A stretch of DNA of 64,000 bases from Eledone cirrhosa (Eukaryota). The stretch lies in assembly GCA_964016885.1 (NCBI GenBank), contig OZ024758.1, forward strand, positions 24,428,001-24,492,000. The letters are read 5' to 3'. The position numbers and the translations under genes are program-made. Below are positions 1 to 9,536 of the stretch, one piece after another. Each line of letters starts with the position of its first letter. Position 1 is the first letter of the stretch. The notes beneath the pieces were generated by a model. That model made no database searches. It was not told where the DNA came from and saw nothing but the letters and a program-made list of their open reading frames with translations.

Positions 1-423
1 TGACCCTCCCAAAGCATAACAATATCGGTTTCAACACACATTTTCAGATAAAGAATCTTGCTAAACAAATTCAGAAACGAAATATATATATATATATCTA
101 TCTATATATATATATATATTATATTATATATATATATTATATATATTATATATATATTATATTACATTATATATATATTATATATATATATATATAATAT
201 ATATATAATATAATATAATATATATATAATATATATAATATATATATATAATATAATATATATATATATATAGATAGATATATATATATATATTTCGTTT
301 CTGAATTTGTTTAGCAAGATTCTTTATCTGAAAATGTGTGTTGAAACCGATATTGTTATGCTTTGGGAGGGTCATGTTGCCAATAAGAAACACATGCACC
401 AGTTGCTTTCACTCCAATTTATT
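1..423. mobile_element. Family A short element: two inverted copies (1-83, 292-423) around a (TA)n tract
   Basis: 1-83 is the reverse complement of 292-374. Further copies at 1424-1486, 48311-48531 (inverted pair) and a fragment near 15763-15790. Confidence 0.8.
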
Positions 424-685
424 ATATATATATATATTATATATATATATAATATATATATATATATATTGGTGTTAGGAAGGGCATCCAGCTGTAGAAA
501 TCAAGCCAAATCAGTTCCTGTATGAGCAAGGCATTGTCAGCCGACCAGACACTGCCCACAACAGGACAACCCGTCTAACCCATGCTAGCGTGGAAGAACG
601 GACGTAAAACGGTGATGATGATAATATATATATATATATATAATATATATATATAATATAATATATATAATATATATATATAATA

Positions 686-1120
686 CTGGCGGTACTCAGT
701 AATAGAGAAGACCCGCCTTACCTAAATACAAAGTAAAAACCTACTACAGTCAGTAGGCATCTCTAACAAAATACACCCCCGTCCCACCACCCCCACCCCA
801 TCCACACCGCCCCTTTCAATGTAAAGTTATGTTGGTCCCACAACATCCAGGCCGAAACAAATGAGATCGTGTAGGTGTCACGACAAAAAAACACACAGTC
901 CACACTGTAAATGTGGCCGTGTAGGCAACACGGTAAAAACCTCCCAGCCCCACACTGTAAATGTGGTTGGTGTTAGGAAGGGCATCCAGCTGTAGAAAAC
1001 CTGCCAGACAGTCCTATGCGAGCAAGACAACCACTCTTGCCTCAAGTGGGAAAACCCCCGTCCAAACCCATGCAAGCGTGGAACATGGACGCTAAACCTG
1101 ATGATGATGATGATGATGAT
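686..1120 (+). mobile_element. RTE-1 3' end fragment
   Basis: Matches the last codons (WRYSV.EKTRLT*) and 3' UTR of RTE-1, with a (GAT)n tail; between (TA)n tracts. Confidence 0.9.
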
Positions 1121-1495
1121 ATAATATATATGTTATAATATATATACTATATATAATATATATATATATATATAATATATATATATATATTATATATAAT
1201 ATAATATATATATATAATATAATATATATATATATAATATATATAATATATATATATATATAATATATATATATTATATATAATATAATATATATAATAT
1301 ATATATATAATATAATATATAATATATATAATATAATATATATAATATAATATAATATAATATATATATATAATATAATATATATATATAATATAATATA
1401 TAGATAGATATATATATATATATATTTCGTTTCTAAATTTGTTTAGCAAGATTATCTGAAAACGTGTGTTGAAACCGATATTGTTATATATATAT

Positions 1496-1529
<34 letters not shown>

Positions 1530-1932
1530 CTATATATTATATATATATAAGAAATATATATATTATATATATATATATTATATATATATATATATTATAT
1601 ATATATATATATATTATATATATATATATATATTATATATATATATATATTATATGTATATATATTATATATATATATATATATTATATATATATATATA
1701 TATTATATATATATATATATTATATATATATATATATATTATATATATATATATATATTATATATATATATATATTATATATATATATATATATTATATA
1801 TATATATATTATATATATATATATATATTATATATATATATATTATATATATATATATTATATATATATATATATTATATATATATATATTATATATATA
1901 TATATATTATATATATATATTATATATATAAT
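1121..1932. repeat. Interrupted (TA)n tracts (also 84-291, 2381-2685 and many shorter)
   Basis: Direct inspection. Confidence 0.98.
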
Positions 1933-2017
1933 GAAAAATTGAACGGGAACAAAACAGAGAGGCAGTACAACAAATGTTTATTAATTTCACGCTCTTGAGA
2001 GTGGGGTGGTGGTGGGG

Positions 2018-2050
2018 AACTACGTTTCGGGCATAAGCCCTTCTTCAGGT
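2018..2050 (-). ncRNA. Minimal hammerhead-like motif in a short (TA)n-embedded element (1931-2141)
   Basis: CTGAAGA a GGGC-TTAT-GCCC GAAA CG TA: perfect stem II and ACGT palindromic stem III, but only 2 bp of stem I. AATAAA lies downstream on the same strand. Confidence 0.6.
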
Positions 2051-2139
2051 GAAAAGTGTGTGGGAAGAGAGTTCAAAGGGTGTGTAGGGGAGTGGTGGAG
2101 AGACATATAGCAAAAAGGGGTGAGAGGAAACGGTGCAAA

Positions 2140-2187
<48 letters not shown>

Positions 2188-2188
<1 letters not shown>

Positions 2189-2380
2189 ACGAAGGAAATG
2201 TGGTAAGGAACCAGGTGGACCATAACGCACCAAAGTACTCAATACTTGAGGTAGTAGAGTGGATAATAGGAACCAGTAAGACCCCGACAGCTGAGCTCAA
2301 GCCGTTTCGACGGCTAATTCTGGTCCAGAATTAGCCGTCGAAACGGCTTGAGCTCAGCTGTCGGGGTCTTACTGGTTCCT
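2188..2380 (-). mobile_element. Family C palindromic element in (TA)n
   Basis: Unique tail plus ~56-bp perfect inverted arms centred near 2324. Other copies at 8084-8264 and 57030-57222; tail only at 12288-12382; diverged relative at 53793-53877. Confidence 0.85.
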
Positions 2381-2406
2381 ATATATAATATATATATATA
2401 TATAAT

Positions 2407-2473
<67 letters not shown>

Positions 2474-2623
2474 ATATATTTTATATATATAATATATATA
2501 TATATATATTATATATATATATATATATTAATATATATATTATATATATATATATATATTAATATATATATTATATATATATATATATATATTAATATAT
2601 ATATTATATATATATTTATATTA

Positions 2624-2669
<46 letters not shown>

Positions 2670-2685
2670 TATATATATATATATA

Positions 2686-2866
2686 CCGGGTTTAATCAGG
2701 GGGTAACCACAGTATGTAAGGTACTCAATACATAGGAAAGTATAAATATTTAATATAGAAATGGCTTCTACAGGACTAGAACTGTTTCATTCGGAAGAAA
2801 TCATCAGGAAAGCTTTCCTGGTGATTTCTCCCGAATGAAACAGTTCTAGTCCTGTAGAAGCCATTA
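2686..2866 (-). mobile_element. Family D palindromic element with CTGATGA...GAAAC motif
   Basis: Arms ~2760-2812 and 2813-2865 centred on GGAAAGCTTTCC. A non-palindromic copy lies at 57544-57655 (+). Confidence 0.8.
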
Positions 2867-2904
2867 TTATATTAAATATATATATATATATATATATATA
2901 CAAG

Positions 2905-3168
2905 TAGAAGTTATATTTAATTTGTTGGGATTCAACAAGCTTAAAAGTTTTATAACTGATATAAAGCACTCAACAGAAAACTGGAGTAAATATTCAATAT
3001 ATTAATAAATGGAAACTATATTTATAATTTCCAATGTAAAACATTTATAAAACAAATTTTGTATTTTATCTGATGAAAGCGCACCAAAACTGCCTTGGTT
3101 GCCCTTGAAATATATATAATAAAATAATTATGGTTTTATAAATATAGTTTCCATTTATTAATATATTG
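2905..3168. mobile_element. Family E element with 5' inversion
   Basis: 3' tail in minus orientation (2905-3028) joined to a plus-orientation HHR segment; inverted overlap at ~2995-3028 / 3137-3168. Homologous to 63557-64000. Confidence 0.8.
3062..3126 (+). ncRNA. Type I hammerhead ribozyme motif (family E)
   Basis: Stem I TATTTTAT/ATAAAATA (8 bp), CTGATGA 3070-3076, stem II AAG-c-GCACCAA...TTGG-t-TGC-c-CTT, GAAA 3107-3110, palindromic stem III ATATATAT. Predicted cleavage after AUA at 3118. Confidence 0.8.
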
Positions 3169-4435
3169 TATATATATATATATATTAATTTGAGTATGCG
3201 TTGGTTAATTACCGACACTTCAGTATGCAGGGTAGAGCACTCGAGGAAGTGCTCAGGTGGGTCTGTTCACTCTGGAGTATATTTATAAATAAGAAATGTA
3301 AGTCAACAGGTTTAAAATTAACTTTGTTTATTCATAGTCGTTATGAATAAACAAAGTTAATTTTAACATGTTGTATCTGACCAGAATTCTCTCACCCCTT
3401 TCTGTTCAAACCATCCTTACGGGATTGATAAAATAAAGTACCAGTAATGCACTGGGGTCAATTTAATCGCCTTTTCCCTCCACCCAAATTGTTGGCCTTG
3501 TGCCTAAATCAGAAATCATTAAAATGCAAGTGCCCGAGCATTCAACAACAAACACACTAAGAAATCAATGTGCATATGAATAAATAACAATTGCAATGTC
3601 TTTTTTTTTTTTCCATATCTCCTTCAAGAAGGTGTAGAAATGGAGGATGTAATTTCCTCTTAAGAACCAAGATTACAAAAGAAGTAGGGAAAAAGGCTGT
3701 TGTTGTTTCTGTTGTTGCTGTTGCTGTTATATGACAAGGTCACTGTGTTGAGATGTAGAACACAACAGATATTGATCGAGGAGGGGAGGGGGAAAATATG
3801 GAATATGTTATAACAGTGTCTTTCAGCAAAACTGAAGATGATCTTTGTAGAACTGTCAATCACAATCACATAAATCTGAGATGGGTGGAGAGAGAGAGAG
3901 AGAGAAAATTAGAGAGAGAGAGATAGAGTTAGAGAGAGGGGGGTAGAGAGGGGGAGGGGTAGAGAGGGGGAGGGGTAGAGAGGGGGGATACACACAGAGA
4001 GAAAGACAGAGAGAGTATAGGTAATGGGAAATGACAAGGTGCCGGTGGTGACAAGTTTTTGAAATGTGATGGCAGAAAACAGATATAACATGCTGGGTGA
4101 AGAAGAACTGTAAATTTACTAATTATAGTAACAGGGATTAGTGGTAGGCTAACGAAGATTTGGAATGGCACAACTTGACATGACTGAAGAGAATTGGAAC
4201 CGATATTGAGTTGCTGTGCTGAGAAAGACCTGTCCAACCCATGCAAGTGTGGAAAAGCCGTGGCGACGACAATGATGAATATGAACATTACTTAAGATAC
4301 GATGTACTATACATGCACCTTTGATGAGTTGTAGTGCAGCTGAGCACTGTAACACAATAATTTCATTATTACTATTATATTGTTCACTATTGAAAAGTTA
4401 TACCTCAGATATGTTAACATTATTTGTCTAATCTC

Positions 4436-4825
4436 GGTGGATTGGCAGTATCGGTAGAGGCTCGGACGCCATGCTTTGAAGCATAGAGTTACGGCCTTTT
4501 CCATTCTGAGCTCAAATCCCGCCAAGGTTGACTTTGCCTTTCATCCTTACGGGGTCGATAAAATAAAGTACCAGTAATGCACTGGGTAATTGCTGGCCTT
4601 GTGCCTAAAGTAGAAACAATTATTTGTCTAATCTCAGGGTGGTGGATTGGCAGTATCGGTAGAGGGTCGGATGCCATGCTTTGACGCATAGAGTTATGGC
4701 CTTTTCCATTCTGAGCTCAAATCCCGCCGAGGTTGACTTTGCCTTTCATCCTTTCAGGGTCGATAAATTAAATACCAGTAATGTACTGGGTAATTGCTGG
4801 CCTTGTGCCAAAAGAAGAAACAATT
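4436..4825 (+). mobile_element. Tandem dimer of SINE family B (Meta-domain-like)
   Basis: Two ~190-bp units (ggtggattggcagtatcggtagag...gcctttcatccttacggggtcgataaaataaagtaccag...gaaacaatt) separated and flanked by attatttgtctaatctc-like repeats. Confidence 0.88.
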
Positions 4826-4861
4826 TGTTATCTAATCTCTATGAAAACTAAATATATACAC

Positions 4862-5105
4862 CCTTCTTCGCCCACTTATTCCTGAGAGGGCCATGGGGGA
4901 AGAGTCCTCAAACACTCCCTACAATGAGTCCCGACAGAAGCAACTATCTCCAACTGATCCGGCTGGATCCCCAAACGTTACCAGTCAAGTTCATTGTTAT
5001 CCAACCATCTTGTTCGGGGTCTATCCCTGAATCTCCTACCTTTTGGTTTTGCCCGTAAAATCTATCCAACGATTCTTTCCCCGAGACATTCTAACCCCAT
5101 TCTAA
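4862..5105 (-). mobile_element. RTE-3 3' fragment
   Basis: Colinear with 29130-29362. Confidence 0.75.
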
Positions 5106-5252
5106 CCATTAGTTTAAAATGTCTTTAATTAGACATGTAAATATATACACATTAATTAAAAACTTCTGTTTAGTTAATAATGTAAATATATACATCCATT
5201 AGCTTAAAACATTTGTTTAGTTAAACATGTAGAAAAATCAGATAAATCTTAC

Positions 5253-5277
5253 CATTTCTGTCTGCCCGACGAAATAC
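5253..5277 (-). CDS. 25-nt coding microexon of a host gene, likely NECAB-like (N-terminal EF-hand calcium-binding protein)
   Basis: Minus strand reads ttttatatttcag|GTATTTCGTCGGGCAGACAGAAATG|gtaaga: pyrimidine tract, AG acceptor and GTAAGA donor. It translates in phase 0 as VFRRADRN+G, resembling the RRADKND start of the first NECAB EF-hand (recognised from memory). No other exon found. Confidence 0.65.
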
Positions 5278-6260
5278 CTGAAATATAAAAACAATAGTTC
5301 TTTAATCTTTATATTAATTGCAAGTCAATGATCAATTATATTATTCATACAATTTTTAATCTTCAAATAAATCACAAGTCAGTGATCAATAATAATTTTC
5401 ATACAATTTTTATGCATGAATAGTCTTGTAACTCCTGAGGGAGTCGTAGGGGCAATACAACATTTCTAGGGCATTTTTAAACATGGTAGAGTCCATCCCC
5501 TCTCTAAATCTGAGTACAGCAGGTTTCTTCCAGAGAAGGATAGAGAGTGAGAGTGAGAGAATGGAAGTGAGAAAGAGATATAGAGGAAGAATCAACTCCA
5601 GTACTTGACTGGTACTTTTTATTATCGATCTCAAATGAACGAAAAACAAAATTAACCTCAGTTGGATATGAACCCAGAGAGCAGAAACAAATACTGCAAA
5701 GCACTCTATTCGATGTTCTAACAACTCTGTCAATTCGCCACCTATACAATTTTAAAACTTTACATTAATTATGAAACAGTTTTATCAAAGCTGTCATTGA
5801 GGACAAAATACAGAGCAGATGCTTAAAAAAGACAAGCTTTCTTATAAATCACTCCATTTGTTAATTTAAATGTCAATTCTTTCTTCAAACAAATTTTTTA
5901 AGTATTTACACTAAACATTTCAAAGCTTAATCCTAAACAAAGTATGTTTAGAATGTGGTGAGAAGTTTGGAATTGAAATAAAACTAGAAGCTTCGCTGTA
6001 TCCATAACATTTTAACTAAATAATATAGTCTAATAATCTATCTATCTAGGGCGGGTAAATTCCCGAGATCCAAGGACGAGTTCTCTCCAGCGGTCTCTGT
6101 CCCTCATTATCGCTGCCGTGTCCTACGTCTCCAAGAGACCATATGTTAACCTCGGTCTCCCTCTTCCAGTGTGTGTGCAGGGGTTCCCACGGGAGCCATC
6201 TCTTGGAAAACTAATAATAGGGTGTATAAACCCATTGAATGTCCATTATTAGACTATACT

Positions 6261-6544
6261 AAGGGCGGTGGATTGGCAGTATCGGTAGAGGGCCGGATGC
6301 CATGTTAGGGTGGTGGATTGGCAGTATCGGTAGAGGGCCGGACGCCATGTTAGGGTGGTGGATTGGCAGTATCGGTAGAGGGTCGGACGCCATGCTTTGC
6401 AGCAAAGAGTTACAGCCCTTTATGATGTGAGTTCAAATCCCGCCGAGGTTAACTTTGCCTTTCATTCTTACTGGGTCGATAAAATAAAGTACCAGTAATA
6501 CACTGGGATAATTGCTGGCCTTGTGCCAAAAAGTAGAAACAATT
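6261..6544 (+). mobile_element. SINE B with triplicated 45-bp head
   Basis: Target-site duplication (TSD) attattagactatac at 6245 and 6542. Confidence 0.9.
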
Positions 6545-6873
6545 ATTAGACTATACAAGATGAGGGCGACATCTTCTCCCTCTTTCTGTCACACTCTCTC
6601 TAAACAAATGACATTCCTTTTTATCTATGTACATCTCTTTGGCTTGCCACTCCCCCTGTCTGTAAATATACGAGGGTGATGTCATAACTTTCTGTCTATC
6701 TACCTATCTCTCTTTATATAAGTTCTTCAGGAAAGTTAACCAGGAATCTTTAAAAGTCTTCCCACCGAAGTGAACAAAGAACTTACTAGATCTACCAACT
6801 CATAATATAAAATTAAATTAAATTGTTTAGAACTACAAGTGAAGTCATTCTTTTCCTTTTTTTAAATACATAT

Positions 6874-7340
6874 GTCACGACAAAAAACACACAGTCCACG
6901 CTGTAAATGTGGCCGTGTAGGAAACACGGTAAAAACCTCCCAGCCCCACACTGTAAATGTGGTTGGTGTTAGGAAGGGCATCCAGCTGTAGAAAACCCGC
7001 CAGACAGTCCACGCTGTAATGTGGCCGTGTAGGCAACACGGTAAAAACCTCCCAGCCCCACACTGTAAATGTGGTTGGTGTTAGGAAGGGCATCCAACTG
7101 TAGAAAACCCGCCAGACAGTCCACGCTGTAATGTGGCCGTGTAGGCAACATGGTAAAAACCTCCCAGCCCCACACTGTAGATGTGGTTGGTGTTAGGAAG
7201 GGCATCCAACTGTAGAAAACCCGCCAGACAGTCCTATGCGAGCAAGACAACCACTCTTGACTCAAGTGGGAAAACCCCCGTCCAAACCCATGCAAGCGTG
7301 GAACACGGACGCTAAACCTGATGATGATGATGATGATGAT
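6874..7340 (+). mobile_element. RTE-1 3' UTR fragment with a ~111-bp internal triplication
   Basis: The unit acagtccacgctgtaa...gaaaacccgccag is repeated three times, followed by the normal tail and (GAT)n(TA)n. Confidence 0.88.
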
Positions 7341-7657
7341 ATATATATATATATATATATATATAAATTAGCGAGAATCGTATTTCGGCTTTGGAATTAG
7401 CGAAAAACAACTTCCGAGATGTGTGGCAAGCGCTCAATAATTCTGACGAACCAGAGCTACAACATACGTTAAAGGCCAAACACACATATACATATATATA
7501 GTGGTCGTGGAGCTGCCACGGCAAAAAAAGCACCCAGCACTCACTGTAAATGAGGTTGGTGTTAGGAAGGGCATCCAGCTGTAGAGATCAAGCCAGAATC
7601 AGTTCCCGTCCCACCCTTGCAAGCAGGGAAAAGCGGACGTAAAATGAAATGATGATG

Positions 7658-8048
7658 ATATAGAAAGGATAAAAAGGACGATTGATTATTCCTTCATTGC
7701 ATTTATTGATAGGTGACGCGCGTTTCGCCACTGGTCAGCTCAAGGTTCGATCTATATCGATCCTACCCGACTCAATAATCCGCAGTTCGACGGACCTTCC
7801 CAAAATGCTAAGGTCCGTCGAGCTGCCGATTATTGAGTCGGGTAGGATCGATATACATCGAACCTTGAGCTGATCAGTGGCGAAACGCGCATCACCTATC
7901 AATAAATGCAATGAAGGAATAATCAATCGTCCTTTTTATCCTTTCTATATATTACACTCTGTATAGCTCTACACATCATCACAGAAGTGAACCTAAACAT
8001 CGAGTGCTCACCCGGGTGAACCTGCAGTAACTCCTAGTTACACACCCT

Positions 8049-8050
<2 letters not shown>
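7658..8050 (+). mobile_element. Family G fold-back element (~140-bp arms plus 100-bp tail)
   Basis: 7658-7798 is an inverted copy of 7810-7950; GAAACGCGCGTC motif followed by AATAAA. A second copy with an inverted tail is at 49735-49948. Confidence 0.85.
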
Positions 8051-8083
<33 letters not shown>

Positions 8084-8087
<4 letters not shown>

Positions 8088-8263
8088 AACCAGTAAAACC
8101 CCGACAGCTGAGCTCAAGCCGTTTCGACGGCTAATTAGCCGTCGAAACGGCTTGAGCTCAGCTGTCGGGGTCTTACTGGTTCCTATTACCCACTCTACTA
8201 CCTCAAGTATTGAGTACTTTGGTGCGTTATGGTCCACCTGGTTCCTTACCACATTTCCTTCGT

Positions 8264-8264
<1 letters not shown>
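8084..8264 (+). mobile_element. Family C palindromic element
   Basis: Same arms and tail as 2188-2380, with the loop collapsed to GGCTAATTAGCC. Confidence 0.85.
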
Positions 8265-8303
<39 letters not shown>

Positions 8304-8313
8304 TATTATATAT

Positions 8314-8875
8314 TGAGTTATAAACTCGAAATAGTCTTTTACAATTAAAGAGCTCAAAGAAGGGAATATTTCCGAGCCGTGTAATATATGAGAGGGATGA
8401 ACACCTATACAAGTATACAGGTGTTCAAATTGCAAATGACCAAGTTAGCTAGGTTGAAAAATACTAATTTAAAATAATATGGTTTGCCTGACTTGATTTA
8501 ACGTAATAAATCAATAAAAATAACAAACCTATATTGGCAATGGCCATGATACCCGGACAAATTCTAAATTTGTTTCGCAACAATTATTAAGTGAAAGTCA
8601 CTATTTCTGTGCTCTTCTGCGGGTATCCAGAAAATTGGTACATTTCACTTCAAAATACTTAAGACTGAGATATGTGTTGTTGAACGCACATGTGTCACAG
8701 CACCTAACCCGTCCCATACTCGTACTGCGAAAAATAGCAGCCGGTTATTTTAAATCGAGACAGGCAAACCATATTATTTTAAATTAGTATTTTTCAACCT
8801 AGCTAACTTGGCCATTTGCAATTCGAACACATGTATACTTGAATCAGTGTTCATCCCTCTCATATATTCATTTGT
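8314..8875. mobile_element. Family I inverted-repeat element (arms ~8382-8505 / 8745-8868)
   Basis: About 125-bp inverted arms with a ~240-bp spacer; a spacer-less copy is at 40718-40987. Confidence 0.8.
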
Positions 8876-8891
8876 GTATATATATATATAT

Positions 8892-9229
8892 GGAGGCACA
8901 TGGCTTAGTGGTTAGAGCATTGGCCTTGCAATCGAAAGGTTGTGAGTTCAATTCTCAGACCGGGTGATGTGTTGTTTCCTTGAGCAAGTCACTTTATTTC
9001 ACATTGCTCCAGTTTACTCAGCTGTAGAAATGAGATGTTAGGACTGGGGTCCCTATCATTCCACTGCAAAGTGGTCGTGGAGGTGCCACAGCAAAAAAGC
9101 ACCCAGCACTCACTGTAAATGAGGTTGGTGTTAGGAAGGGCATCCAGCTGTAGAAATCAAGCCAGAATCAGATCCTGTCACACCCTTGCAAGCAGGGAAA
9201 AGCGGACGTAAAATGAAATGATGATGAAA

Positions 9230-9233
<4 letters not shown>
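8892..9233 (+). mobile_element. tRNA-derived SINE family A (CORE-like centre, RTE-derived tail)
   Basis: A box TGGCTTAGTGG, B box GAGTTCAATTC, central tccttgagcaag(a/t)cact, tail cccttgcaagcagggaaaagcggacgtaaaatga(TGA)n. Confidence 0.9.
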
Positions 9234-9265
<32 letters not shown>

Positions 9266-9481
9266 GGCAGTTAGCGGTGTATTTGCTTGCTATGGGATTT
9301 TAAATCCTGTGTAATGGAAATAGCTTTCTGAAGAACCGATCATTCCATTGGAAGTCCTTTCAATTCGCAATCTTTTGTGAGGCGAAACCGTCGGTAAAAG
9401 CAATTTGGATAGGTGAATATTTAAATTGTATTTTAATTTATTTTAAAAGAATGTTTAAAATTTACTTGTTCAGCTCATCTC

Positions 9482-9531
<50 letters not shown>

Positions 9532-9536
<5 letters not shown>

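Noticed and set aside
178-2695. Ile/Tyr-rich ORFs (also His/Thr- and Val/Cys-rich ORFs elsewhere)
   Set aside because: Translations of (TA)n, (CA)n and (TG)n microsatellites.
7442-7475. CTGACGA motif in a TA-embedded insert (similar weak case near 59868-59912)
   Set aside because: No GAAA box or stem II.
7658-7950. Palindromes as sequencing or assembly fold-back artefacts
   Set aside because: Arms carry mismatches, the structures recur at separate loci with family-specific breakpoints, and flanks resume as unique sequence. Read-level confirmation is still advisable.
8892-8965. tRNA gene
   Set aside because: A/B boxes belong to a SINE head repeated about ten times with a SINE body; no complete cloverleaf.
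9325-9405. CTGAAGA-ACCGA...TCGGT-AAAAGC as a hammerhead
   Set aside because: GAAA is mutated and stems I and III are unsupported; possibly a decayed member of the same group but not callable.
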